Shown: in pieces, positions 38,005 to 47,399 of the stretch
How the letters are laid out: each line of letters begins with the position of its first letter
Position numbering within the stretch: position 1 is the first letter of the stretch
Source of the DNA: Eubacteriales bacterium
Lineage (GTDB): Bacteria > Bacillota > Clostridia > Oscillospirales > CAG-272
DNA: 64,000 nucleotides
Reading direction: 5' to 3'
Assembly: GCA_045655765.1 (NCBI GenBank)
Contig: JAZOQA010000075.1
Location: 1,676-65,675 of the forward strand
Notes under the pieces: generated by a model
What the model was told of the DNA's origin: nothing
Databases searched by the model: none
What the model saw: only the letters and a program-made list of their open reading frames with translations
Translations under genes and position numbers: made by a program

Positions 38005-39492
38005 ATGAAAATAAAAAATATACTTTATGAAAACGAATATACGTGTGAAAATACCGAGGCTGCAGAGTCGGAATTTGAGAAAATTGCATCAACGCCCGGG
38101 GATATAGGCGAGAAAACCCTGTATTTCCATTTAAAAGGTGTGAATTTTAACACAGAAAAGCTTATATCGTCAGTGCTTGAGAAAAAGCCCTCGGCTATTG
38201 TTGCCGAGCTTGACTCCTCAATCACCTCATCCGACATCCCTATACTGCGAGTGAAAAATGCAAGATGCACCCTTGCGTTTGCTTACTCAAGATTCTTCGG
38301 CATCGACTTTTCTAAAATAAAATTCATAGGAATTACGGGAACGAACGGTAAAACCACCACAGCGGAAATGATAAAGGAAATTCTTGTCGCTCACGGACAC
38401 CGAATCGGACTTATCAGCACGGGAAAAATAGAAAGTGACGGAAGACTGCTGTCCGATTTTAAATACTCTATGACCACCCCCGATCCATCATTGCTATACA
38501 AATCAATCGCAAAAATGCAAAGCGACGGCTGTGATTTTGTAATTATGGAGGTGTCAAGCCACGCACTTGCTCTTGAGAAAACTGCCCCAATTCCTTTTGA
38601 GGTTGGAGTGTTTACAAATCTCTCGCACGAGCATATGGATTTTCATACCGACCTTTCCGATTATTACGAAACGAAAATGAAGCTCTTTCAAAATACAAGG
38701 CTTGGAATATTTAACATTGATGATACATTTTCCAGACGTGGGTACGAGGAGTGCGAATGCGAAAAAAAGAGCGTCGGAATACTTTGGGATGCTGATATAA
38801 CCGTAAAAGAGCCGCAGCTTTTGGGCTTTGACGGCTCGAAATTCCTCTATCGAGGGGAGAACTTCATATTCAAAATGAAGCTGCCATTAGTAGGAGCTTA
38901 TAATATTTACAATGCTCTTTGTGCAGTAAGTGCCTCAGTCGCACTGGGTTGCCGCCCTTGCTTAGCAAAAAGAACTCTTGAGAATATGAGGGCACCTGAG
39001 GGTCGCTTTGAGATAAAAAAAGGCTCTGTCAACGTTATAATAGATTACGCACATACACCGTCTGCATTTGAAAATGTACTAAAAACGGTATATTCCGCAA
39101 AAAAATACGGGCAGAAAGTTATTTGTGTGTTCGGGTGCGGAGGTTTAAGAGACAGACGCAAGCGTCCCCAAATGGCAAAAGCGGCGGAAAAATACTGTGA
39201 TTTTATAATAATAACAGAGGACAATTCAAGAAGCGAGCCACTTGAGAGAATAATAGACGACATACTTAAAGGGGTTTCAGACAAGAGCAAAACGGCTGTT
39301 ATTCGCTCACGGAAAGAGGCTATCGAAAGTGCTGTAACAGAAGCTCCTGACGATGCTATAATAGTCTTACTCGGAAAGGGTGCGGAAAGATACAATATTG
39401 ACATAGACGGTGTACACCCCTTCGACGAGCGAGAGATAGTAAACACGGCTATGAAAAAGCGAGAGGAAATTAACTGTGAAAATAAGGCTTGA
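38005..39492 (+). CDS. murE: UDP-N-acetylmuramoyl-tripeptide synthetase MurE
   Basis: P-loop GITGTNGKTT, HALAL, and a TEDNSRSE segment at the position of the DAP-specific DNPR motif (Arg retained). Confidence 0.92.
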   Translation: MKIKNILYENEYTCENTEAAESEFEKIASTPGDIGEKTLYFHLKGVNFNTEKLISSVLEKKPSAIVAELDSSITSSDIPILRVKNARCTLAFAYSRFFGIDFSKIKFIGITGTNGKTTTAEMIKEILVAHGHRIGLISTGKIESDGRLLSDFKYSMTTPDPSLLYKSIAKMQSDGCDFVIMEVSSHALALEKTAPIPFEVGVFTNLSHEHMDFHTDLSDYYETKMKLFQNTRLGIFNIDDTFSRRGYEECECEKKSVGILWDADITVKEPQLLGFDGSKFLYRGENFIFKMKLPLVGAYNIYNALCAVSASVALGCRPCLAKRTLENMRAPEGRFEIKKGSVNVIIDYAHTPSAFENVLKTVYSAKKYGQKVICVFGCGGLRDRRKRPQMAKAAEKYCDFIIITEDNSRSEPLERIIDDILKGVSDKSKTAVIRSRKEAIESAVTEAPDDAIIVLLGKGAERYNIDIDGVHPFDEREIVNTAMKKREEINCENKA

Positions 39493-40837
39493 TATACCTC
39501 TGTTTACAAATGAAGTGGTTTCGGCTCTCGGTACAAACGTCCACCTTATTAACAAAAAAATTGAATACGTTACGACCGACTCACGTGAATGTGACGATGG
39601 TTCACTGTTTTTCGCTTTGGGGGATGGAGAAAAATACATAGCCGAGGCACGCTCTAAAAATGCTGTTTGTATAGGTCAAAGCGAGTGTGCAGACGTACAG
39701 GTTTCTGACACAAAGGCGGCTATGCTCATTTTAGCTTCGTATTACAAATTAAGGCTCAAAAGCCTAAAGCACACGGTTGCAATAACGGGAAGCGTCGGAA
39801 AAAGCTGTGTAAAGGACTACACTGCCGCACTTTTAAAATCAAAATTTAAAACACATAAAACCCTCGGAAATTTTAATAATAATATAGGACTTCCACTCAG
39901 CGTTTTTGCTTCACCCAAGGACACGGAAGTCCTCGTGCTTGAAATGGGAATGAATCACACGGGAGAAATAAAAGAGCTGTCCTTGGCAATAAAACCGACA
40001 CTTTCCGTAATCACAAGCATCGGGAGTGCCCACATCGGAAATCTCGGTTCAAGGGAAAACATCGCAAAGGCGAAGCGTGAAATCTGCTTTGGACTTCCCT
40101 TAGACGGCACAAGTATTGTTCCAAGCGGCGAGCCATTGCTTGATGATTTGAAGAATAAAATCACCGTTGGCTGTGGAGGAGATTTTTCGATACAAATAGC
40201 TCGCAGTGAAAAGGACTGTTTGGTCTTTGATATTTCTTCAAAAGACTACGGAGTGCTTTCCGACGTATCCTTTCCTTTTGGGGGTGAGCACTTTGCAACC
40301 AACCTTGCGTTTGCCGTTGCCGTATCTTTGAGGCTCGGTCTTTCACTTAGTGAGATAAAAGAGTCACTTTTGAATATATCGGATTTTATTCCGAGGCAGA
40401 AATATGTAAAAATAGGAAAAAGAACCTTTTATTGTGACACGTACAACGCCTCGCCCGAGTCCTTTTTTGCTGCGTTCAAGACTGTAAGTTTAACAAAAGG
40501 TCGCAAATACGCCCTCATTGGTGACGTCCTTGAGCTTGGCGAAAGCTCGGAATTTTTCCACGAGCAAATCGGTAAAGCGGCTGTAAAATACGGATTTAAA
40601 CGCATTTACGCATTCGGAAAATATTCAAAAAGCGTATGTACGGGGGCTATTACATCAGGACTTGACGAGAGATTTATTTTGGTAAATACCGACATAAATT
40701 CTCCGGAAATAACAGCAAAGCAAATATTAGATACGTCCTGCGGCGATGAGACTATTCTTATAAAAGGCTCGCACGCCGTAGGGGTTGAAAGAATACTTGA
40801 ATACATAAAGGAATTTGAAGGAGAAAGCAATGTTTAA
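39476..40837 (+). CDS. murF: UDP-N-acetylmuramoyl-tripeptide--D-alanyl-D-alanine ligase MurF
   Basis: P-loop ITGSVGKS, VLEMGMNHTGEI and DTYNASPES motifs. It overlaps the murE stop by 17 nt. Confidence 0.92.
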   Translation: MKIRLDIPLFTNEVVSALGTNVHLINKKIEYVTTDSRECDDGSLFFALGDGEKYIAEARSKNAVCIGQSECADVQVSDTKAAMLILASYYKLRLKSLKHTVAITGSVGKSCVKDYTAALLKSKFKTHKTLGNFNNNIGLPLSVFASPKDTEVLVLEMGMNHTGEIKELSLAIKPTLSVITSIGSAHIGNLGSRENIAKAKREICFGLPLDGTSIVPSGEPLLDDLKNKITVGCGGDFSIQIARSEKDCLVFDISSKDYGVLSDVSFPFGGEHFATNLAFAVAVSLRLGLSLSEIKESLLNISDFIPRQKYVKIGKRTFYCDTYNASPESFFAAFKTVSLTKGRKYALIGDVLELGESSEFFHEQIGKAAVKYGFKRIYAFGKYSKSVCTGAITSGLDERFILVNTDINSPEITAKQILDTSCGDETILIKGSHAVGVERILEYIKEFEGESNV

Positions 40838-41816
40838 CAATTCCCCTCTGCCCTACGCTTTAATATTCTTGAGTGTGCTTATAAGCACGGTATTTATAGA
40901 AAGCCGCTTAATACCCGTTTTTAAAAAAAATGCAAAGCAGCCAATATACGAGGGCGGTCCGTCTTGGCACATAAAAAAGAGCGGTACTCCTACTATGGGC
41001 GGAATAGGCTTTCTTATACCCGTCGTGCTTGTCGGACTTTTATTCTGTGTTCCGATACATCTGTCGGGAAACAGGTCCGGTGCCGTCTCCCTTTTAATTT
41101 CCTTGCTTTTTGCTCTTTTAAATGCGGGAATAGGTCTTCTTGACGATATTACCAAGCTTCATAAAAAGGAAAATCAGGGCTTAACGGCAAAGGAAAAATT
41201 CTTTCTCCAAACCGTCTTGGTAATTTTATTTCTTGCCGCAAGAGCCATATTTCTTAATTCAGGAACTTCAATAAGCTTCGTCTTCGGCACCTTAGAGCTT
41301 GGTATGCTTTATTATCCCTTGAGTGCATTTATAATACTTGGAATAATAAACTGTGCAAACCTGACAGACGGAGTAGACGGTCTTGCAAGCTGCGTTGCGT
41401 TCGCCGCAGGGATTTCCTCGTTTTACATTGCATATCCACTTTATTCCGACGCTGCGGTAATTTCCGCCTCGCTTATCGGTGCAACTGTGGGCTTTTTATG
41501 CTTCAATCTGCATCCTGCAAAAATTTTTATGGGTGATACAGGCTCACTCTTTCTCGGTGCACTTGTCGCATCATTGGCAACCTCGCTCGGAAATCCTCTT
41601 ATATCTGTCGGAATAGGCGGAGTATACGTTATTGAGGGAGTTAGCGTAATTTTACAGGTTGCTATCTTCAAATTAACTAAAAAAAGACTTTTTAAAATGG
41701 CACCGCTGCACCATCACCTTGAAAAAAGCGGTTGGAGCGAGAATAAAATTTGCATTACGGCAATCTTAACGACCCTGCTTACGTCACTTTTGACCACTGC
41801 TCTTTTTGCTATATGA
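40830..41816 (+). CDS. mraY: Phospho-N-acetylmuramoyl-pentapeptide transferase MraY
   Basis: GTPTMGG, LLDD, NLTDGVDGLA, MGDTGS and APLHHHLE motifs. AAGGAG lies 6 nt before ATG 40830. Confidence 0.96.
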   Translation: MFNNSPLPYALIFLSVLISTVFIESRLIPVFKKNAKQPIYEGGPSWHIKKSGTPTMGGIGFLIPVVLVGLLFCVPIHLSGNRSGAVSLLISLLFALLNAGIGLLDDITKLHKKENQGLTAKEKFFLQTVLVILFLAARAIFLNSGTSISFVFGTLELGMLYYPLSAFIILGIINCANLTDGVDGLASCVAFAAGISSFYIAYPLYSDAAVISASLIGATVGFLCFNLHPAKIFMGDTGSLFLGALVASLATSLGNPLISVGIGGVYVIEGVSVILQVAIFKLTKKRLFKMAPLHHHLEKSGWSENKICITAILTTLLTSLLTTALFAI

Positions 41817-42982
41817 AAATACCGAGTTATTTCAAGAAGAAAAAAAGAAGCTCCTTTTTTTCGGGAGCAAAAGAGGGCAGATGTGACCTTATATATACAA
41901 TTTTGGTTCTCACTCTTGCTTCAGTCGGCTCCGTCGCCATCGCAAGCTCCGGATACGCCTATGCACAATTCAGGTACGGTGACGCTCTGTATTTTATTAA
42001 AAAGCAAGTAATTTGGCTGATTCTCGGACTCGTAATTTTCGCTTTAACCTCAAAAATAAGCGTTGATATTTATATGGTGATGACACCGTACCTTTACGCT
42101 TTGACGCTCGTGCTTTTGGTTATGGTGCTTGCAATAGGCTTCGTTGGCAACGGTGCTCAAAGGTGGATCTCCCTCGGTCCTGTAACAATACAGCCCTCGG
42201 AAATATGCAAGCTTACTTTGGTGATGATGCTGGCAAAATATTTTAACGATAAAAATGCTGAAATCTCCGACAGAAAAAACGGACGAAGCGTTGCCCTTTG
42301 GGGTACGGCTGTACCGTTTGCCATCATACTCGTTCCAATAGTACTCGTTATGCTCCAAAAGCATCTTTCGTGCATTATAATTCTCGGTGCAATAGGAATA
42401 CTTTTAATATACGTATCGGGAGTGAATCCGAAATACCTATACGCACTTCTCGTGATAGGAATAGTTGCGGTAAGTGCCCTTGCTCTTTTCACTGATTATA
42501 CAAAGGAGCGTATCACAGTTTGGCAAAACCCGGAGAAATACAGCCTCACGGGAGGGTGGCAGACTCTGCAAGGACTGATGGCGATAGGCAGCGGCGGAAT
42601 TTTCGGCGTAGGTATCGGAAAAAGCGTTTTAAAGCATTGCTACGTTTCGGAGCCTGCGAACGATATGATTTTTGCCATCGTTTGCGAGGAGACAGGATTT
42701 TTCGGTGCGTGTGTCATTCTTTTGCTGTTCTTCTTTCTGGTTTTCAGAGGCTTTATAATCGGTATTCGTACGGACAATACATATGCGAGGCTCACCGCAT
42801 TCGGTATAAGCATAAAAATGGCAATTCAGGTGCTTTTAAACGTCGGAGTTGTGACAAATACTATTCCGAATACGGGCATTTCCCTGCCGTTTTTCAGCTA
42901 CGGTGGATCATCTCTGCTTATGATATTCCTTGAAATGGGGATTATGAGTGCAATTTCAAGAAAAGCAAAAATACAAAAATAA
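41813..42982 (+). CDS. SEDS family peptidoglycan polymerase FtsW/SpoVE
   Basis: Ten-TM SEDS pattern: QPSE(I)CK, and PNTGISLPFFSYGGSSLL near the C-terminus. Its start overlaps the mraY stop as ATGA. Confidence 0.9.
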   Translation: MKIPSYFKKKKRSSFFSGAKEGRCDLIYTILVLTLASVGSVAIASSGYAYAQFRYGDALYFIKKQVIWLILGLVIFALTSKISVDIYMVMTPYLYALTLVLLVMVLAIGFVGNGAQRWISLGPVTIQPSEICKLTLVMMLAKYFNDKNAEISDRKNGRSVALWGTAVPFAIILVPIVLVMLQKHLSCIIILGAIGILLIYVSGVNPKYLYALLVIGIVAVSALALFTDYTKERITVWQNPEKYSLTGGWQTLQGLMAIGSGGIFGVGIGKSVLKHCYVSEPANDMIFAIVCEETGFFGACVILLLFFFLVFRGFIIGIRTDNTYARLTAFGISIKMAIQVLLNVGVVTNTIPNTGISLPFFSYGGSSLLMIFLEMGIMSAISRKAKIQK

Positions 42983-42993
42983 GGAGCTGAAAT

Positions 42994-44115
42994 ATGAGGA
43001 TACTTTTTACGGGTGGCGGAACTGCAGGACACGTAAATCCTGCCATAGCAATAGCAGAGGCTATGCAAAAGAGGCACACGTGTATTTCGATTGGATTTGT
43101 AGGGCGTGAGGGCGGAGATGAAAACAGAGCCGTAAGATCGCATTCATACAAGCTTTACACATTAAACGTCAGAGGTATTCCCCGCTCGGTCTCACTTGAT
43201 GCGATCAAAAGCGGCTTTCTTGCAATAAAGGCACTCGGTAAAGCTAAAAAAATAATAAACGACTTTAAGCCCGACGTAATAATAGGAACAGGCGGATACG
43301 TCTCCTGGCCGGTTTTGAAGTCCGGAATTTCTATGGGTATTCCAACCCTACTCCACGAATCGAACATATATCCCGGTCTTGTAACGAGACTGCTTGGAAG
43401 GAAGTGCGATATGCTGCTCTTAAATTCCGAGAAGAGCCTTTCCTTTCTTAAAGGAGTAAAAAGATTTAAAGCAGTGGGAAATCCTCTACGTGGAGAATTC
43501 TCAAAAACGGGGTACGAGGGTGCAAGGCATAGCCTTGGAATAGGCAGATCGGATTTCTTCATCGTTTCCTTTGGAGGAAGCCTCGGGTCCGAAAAAATCA
43601 ACAATGCAATAATTGAACTGATGAAAAGCTACACGTCAAAAAGTGTCATAATAAAGCATCTGCACAGCTCCGGAACAAGATACTACGAAAAAATAATAAG
43701 CGAAAACGAAAAGCTCACCCTCGGGCTTGGCAACTGCACGGTAAAACCGTACATCGACAATATGCCCACCGTTTTGACAGCGGCAGACCTCGTTATATCA
43801 CGCTCGGGTGCTATGACGCTTTCCGAAATTGCAAGAGTCGGTGTTCCTGCAATTCTGATTCCGTCACCTAACGTCGCCGACAACCATCAATACAAAAACG
43901 CTAAAATTTTATCCGATGCGGGTGCGGCAATAGTTTTAAATGAATCTGAAATTGAAACGGAGGCTTTAAAAAACTGTGTATTTGACCTGATAACAGATAA
44001 AAAGCGAAGAATGAAGCTCAAAGAAAACGTGTTAAAATTCCACGACCCGTCCTCGGCGGAAAAAATTTGTGAGCAGATAGAGCGTGCCGTCTCTGGTAGC
44101 TATACCTTAACATAA
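42994..44115 (+). CDS. murG: UDP-N-acetylglucosamine--LipidI N-acetylglucosaminyltransferase MurG
   Basis: TGGGTAGHVNPAIA, TGGYVS, and SRSGAMTLSEIA...P.P....NHQ..NA. Confidence 0.95.
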   Translation: MRILFTGGGTAGHVNPAIAIAEAMQKRHTCISIGFVGREGGDENRAVRSHSYKLYTLNVRGIPRSVSLDAIKSGFLAIKALGKAKKIINDFKPDVIIGTGGYVSWPVLKSGISMGIPTLLHESNIYPGLVTRLLGRKCDMLLLNSEKSLSFLKGVKRFKAVGNPLRGEFSKTGYEGARHSLGIGRSDFFIVSFGGSLGSEKINNAIIELMKSYTSKSVIIKHLHSSGTRYYEKIISENEKLTLGLGNCTVKPYIDNMPTVLTAADLVISRSGAMTLSEIARVGVPAILIPSPNVADNHQYKNAKILSDAGAAIVLNESEIETEALKNCVFDLITDKKRRMKLKENVLKFHDPSSAEKICEQIERAVSGSYTLT

Positions 44116-44377
44116 TTTTCCCAATATAAATAATGCTGTCGCTTTCAAGCATTGCCGTCTACTTTTTGTATGAGGTTGAAATATACGTTTGTGCGTTCTG
44201 CCTAAAATTAACCTATTATTTTAAAATATTTTGTAAATGTAATGTTAAATAAATATTTATTTTAAAATATAACTTGCTTTTTAGAGAAAAATAATGTAAA
44301 ATATTTTATAGAATATAATATCGGGCAGTATTGCTTGATTTTCCGTATACAAAATTATAAAAAGCGAGGGTTTTAAA

Positions 44378-45670
44378 ATGGAAACAATGGAATTTGATTT
44401 TGGACATATCGACCTTGAAAACACTTATGACAGCGGAGTAAAAATTAAGGTTATCGGAGTCGGTGGAGGCGGAAACAACGCTGTAAACCGTATGATTTCC
44501 ACCAGCATTCGAGGCGTTGAATTCATTGCTGTGAATACAGACGCTCAAAGCCTTAAAGCTTCTACCGCTTCCAAGAAGCTCATAATCGGTGAAAAAATCA
44601 CCAAGGGACTTGGTGCAGGTGCAACCCCCGAGGTCGGAAAGAGAAGCGCCGAGGAATCCATTGATGCAATTAAGGATATAATCAAGGGTGCAGATATGGT
44701 GTTTATCACCGCAGGTATGGGCGGTGGAACGGGAACAGGTGCCGCACCCGTTATTGCAAAGGTGGCAAAGGAGCTTGACATTCTTACTGTCGGAATTGTC
44801 ACAAAGCCGTTTGCCTTTGAGGGAAGAAAGCGTATGGTCCAAGCGGAGGCAGGAATTGCCGAGCTTTCCAAATACGTGGATTCGCTCATAGTCATTCCTA
44901 ACGAAAGACTAAAGCAAATTGAGGACACTCATATTACCCTCACAAATGCGTTTGAAATTGCCGACGACGTTCTTCGCCGTGGCGTTCAATCCGTCTCCGA
45001 GCTTATTAACGTCCCCGGCCTTATCAACCTTGACTTTGCTGACGTTACAACAATTATGAAGAACGCAGGAAACGCTCATATGGGTGTCGGTATTGCAAAG
45101 GGCTCTGACAAGGCACAGCTTGCGGCTATGGCGGCAATCACCTCTCCCCTGCTTGAAACGAGCATAGCAGGAGCTACCGGCGTGCTTGTCTGCGTAACCG
45201 CATCTCAGGACATTGAGCTTGAGGAGGTAGAGGCGGCTTGTGCTATGATTCACGATGAGGTACACCCCGATGCGCAGAACATCTTTGGTGTCAGCCTCGA
45301 CCCGTCGCTCGACGATGAAATCAGAGTTACGATAATCGCCACCGGCTTTGACAAGATCAAGACAATAGATACTGATTCGGCATCGGAGAGAATTATAGAA
45401 AGACCTATAAGACCCGCTGTTGTCGAAGAGCCTGCTATCTCTGTCAGAGAGGCGGCACCCGCTGTAAGAGAGCCTGCATACGCTCCCGCAGCAACCACTC
45501 TCACCGAAGAGGTCATTGACCGCATTCTTGCAACCGAAGCTCCCGTATCTCGCACTGAGGTCTCCGAGCCTGCTCCCGCCCCTGCACAAGATTCTGCATC
45601 ATCGACCGCACGTGATCTTTACGATGATTACGAGGTTGTGTTCCAAACCGTAAGAAGAAAGAAAAAGTAA
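44378..45670 (+). CDS. ftsZ: Cell division protein FtsZ
   Basis: [13 protein letters not shown], tubulin signature [13 protein letters not shown], and NLDFADV. A Pro/Ala-rich linker precedes a conserved C-terminal peptide. Confidence 0.98.
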   Translation: METMEFDFGHIDLENTYDSGVKIKVIGVGGGGNNAVNRMISTSIRGVEFIAVNTDAQSLKASTASKKLIIGEKITKGLGAGATPEVGKRSAEESIDAIKDIIKGADMVFITAGMGGGTGTGAAPVIAKVAKELDILTVGIVTKPFAFEGRKRMVQAEAGIAELSKYVDSLIVIPNERLKQIEDTHITLTNAFEIADDVLRRGVQSVSELINVPGLINLDFADVTTIMKNAGNAHMGVGIAKGSDKAQLAAMAAITSPLLETSIAGATGVLVCVTASQDIELEEVEAACAMIHDEVHPDAQNIFGVSLDPSLDDEIRVTIIATGFDKIKTIDTDSASERIIERPIRPAVVEEPAISVREAAPAVREPAYAPAATTLTEEVIDRILATEAPVSRTEVSEPAPAPAQDSASSTARDLYDDYEVVFQTVRRKKK

Positions 45671-45777
45671 TTTAAAGGCTAAACGGTTTTAATTTGCTTA
45701 CATATGCTCCCGACGTTCAATCTTGGGAATTGCGTTTTTAAGACCACATAAAAGCATTATTTAAAAAACAATAAAAA

Positions 45778-45813
45778 GCACTCGTGCCTCCATCGGGACA
45801 CGGGTGCTTTTTT
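45778..45813 (+). terminator. Intrinsic terminator after ftsZ
   Basis: 9-bp stem GCACTCGTG / CACGGGTGC (one G-U pair) with a 12-nt loop, followed by TTTTTT. Confidence 0.7.
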
Positions 45814-45835
45814 CCTGTTCTGTGCTTTTCTGTCT

Positions 45836-45969
45836 CTACACAATTCCGCACCGCAGTTTTCGACACTCAAATTCCGTTCTACACTTTTCCGTTGTCAAAA
45901 AAGCTGCCATTTTTGTTTAAAATTGAACTTTTAAGACTGCTTTTTCAACAAAACAGCGGAATTGTGTAG
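45836..45969. repeat. Perfect 14-bp inverted repeat bounding a 134-bp segment in a convergent intergenic region
   Basis: CTACACAATTCCGC (45836-45849) and GCGGAATTGTGTAG (45956-45969). Related copies are AATTCCGTTCTACAC at 45870-45884 and CGGATTTGTGTAT at 46040-46052. Confidence 0.8.
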
Positions 45970-46083
45970 TTTTGGCGGTGCTTTTATCAACATTAAAATT
46001 TAGCCTTTTGACATCAGTGAACACTAATTTAGACAATAACGGATTTGTGTATTTAGCGTTTTCGCTTTTGTGTAAAATAAAAA

Positions 46084-46127
46084 AATGTGTCTATCTACTC
46101 CGTTTTAGAGAGTGTAAAAGACACATT
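46084..46127. terminator. Possible bidirectional terminator downstream of the small minus-strand ORF
   Basis: 9-bp stem AATGTGTCT / AGACACATT flanked by AAAAA and TTTTTTT. The loop is long (26 nt), so this is a weak call. Confidence 0.4.
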
Positions 46128-46137
46128 TTTTTCTATT

Positions 46138-46257
46138 TTAAATTGATGCTTGAATGAGCGTAACAGCTCCGACAACTACACCGAGTACAATAGCGGCAAG
46201 CAGCACAAACGCCAAGATGCGTGCCCCTGCCCCGCTCGACTTTTTGTTCTGTTTCAT
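46138..46257 (-). CDS. Possible 39-aa membrane peptide (not in the ORF track)
   Basis: Hand translation gives MKQNKKSSGAGARILAFVLLAAIVLGVVVGAVTLIQASI, with GAAGGAAG 8 nt upstream of the ATG. It begins 13 nt after the stop of the MreB-like gene and has a single predicted TM. Confidence 0.4.
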   Translation of the reverse strand: MKQNKKSSGAGARILAFVLLAAIVLGVVVGAVTLIQASI

Positions 46258-46270
46258 TATTTATCTTCCT

Positions 46271-47299
46271 TCACTGTTTTTTATTTTTATCCGAATAATA
46301 TTTAAAGATCTGTGATGTAATATTCTTTCCCGCACGAATTTTAGACGGTATAATGTTGTTGATTCTGGAAAGCCCCTTTGCCACACAGTCGATAGCATCC
46401 TGCGGCTTGGTCACGGTTATGCCGAGAATTTTTGACAGGAGCGAATCAATACCGTAAAGCTCTGCTCCGCCGCCTGTGAGAATGATGCCGTTTTCAAAAA
46501 TATCTTTAACGTAGTCGTACGGAATTTTTTTAACAACTCCGGAAATCGCATCAAGGAGCATTCTCATTGCCCCCTCGAAGACACCGACGATGTCCTCGGT
46601 TGTGAGGGTCATACGAAGCTTGCTTCCTGTCAAGGAAAGCGTACCCTCGATATCTATGCTCTCGTTCGGCTTGCCCGGCCAAACAGCTCCGAGGCACTCC
46701 TTGATAGCCCTCGCATTTGAAAGCGACACGTTTACGTCGCCCTGGTCGTATATATACTGCTTTACTGCCACATCAAAATTCTCGCCGCCTATCATCTCAC
46801 GGCCGAAGAGTATAATCTCGCCTCCGTGTAATACGGAAATCTCAGTGCAGGAGGCACCTATGTTTACCGAGATAGCACTGATGCCCGGTGAGTACCCCGC
46901 TCCAATCAAAGCGGCTACAGAACGGCTCACAGCGAAGCTCTCGTTCACACCCTCCTCCCTAAGAAGTGAAAACAGCTCCTTTTCCTGCTTTGCGTTAAAG
47001 TCAGAGGGAACTCCGACCACGCAGCGAAGCTTGTCAACGGGAAGTACTGCGGAAACAGCCTCTTTTATAACCCCTTGAGTAATTTTAGAATCAAAGAGCA
47101 AGCCGTTTTTAAACGGACGGACAAGTGCTGTGTCAGGACCGTCAAGTCCAAGTCCCGCCTCCGCTTCCTTTCCGACGGAAATAACAGCTCGAGTATTTTT
47201 GTTTACAACCGCAACAGACGGCTCTCGGTATATTTGTGCCGAAACGTCGCTGAGGGTAATATTTGCATATCCGAGATCAAGGCCAATCTTGGTCGTCAT
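46271..47299 (-). CDS. MreB/Mbl-like actin-fold protein (divergent)
   Basis: IGLDLGYANI (phosphate-1), EPSVAV, NIGASCTEISV (phosphate-2) and ILTGGGAELYGIDSLLSKILGITV...DCVAKG are collinear with MreB. Start is taken at M7 after AGGAAAG. Confidence 0.75.
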   Translation of the reverse strand: MTTKIGLDLGYANITLSDVSAQIYREPSVAVVNKNTRAVISVGKEAEAGLGLDGPDTALVRPFKNGLLFDSKITQGVIKEAVSAVLPVDKLRCVVGVPSDFNAKQEKELFSLLREEGVNESFAVSRSVAALIGAGYSPGISAISVNIGASCTEISVLHGGEIILFGREMIGGENFDVAVKQYIYDQGDVNVSLSNARAIKECLGAVWPGKPNESIDIEGTLSLTGSKLRMTLTTEDIVGVFEGAMRMLLDAISGVVKKIPYDYVKDIFENGIILTGGGAELYGIDSLLSKILGITVTKPQDAIDCVAKGLSRINNIIPSKIRAGKNITSQIFKYYSDKNKKQ

Positions 47300-47399
47300 C
47301 GAGGTCTTTCCTTTCATCAGAATTAAGAGCCTAAATTTCTACTTATACTACATTATACTATATTCGGTATCTAATTTCAAGTATATTTTTCAATTTATA

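Noticed and set aside
44116-44377. AT-rich 262-bp murG-ftsZ spacer examined for a hidden small gene (ftsA/ftsQ remnant) or RNA
   Set aside because: No ORF with an RBS and no convincing hairpin (only a 6-bp AATGCT/AGCATT stem) are present. It is most simply a promoter-rich region for ftsZ. I could not pick a single promoter with confidence.
44306-45589. Minus-strand ORFs (178, 127, 226 and 101 aa) antisense to ftsZ
   Set aside because: They lie opposite the unambiguous ftsZ reading frame. The products are Cys/Ser/Gly-rich nonsense typical of antisense frames of GC-richer genes.
45784-46157. Two 61-aa plus-strand ORFs in the ftsZ-downstream spacer
   Set aside because: They have no Shine-Dalgarno sequence. 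The first starts inside the ftsZ terminator hairpin and the second runs through the downstream terminator. Composition is non-protein-like. The region is treated as non-coding and is covered by the repeat-motif finding at 45814-46083.
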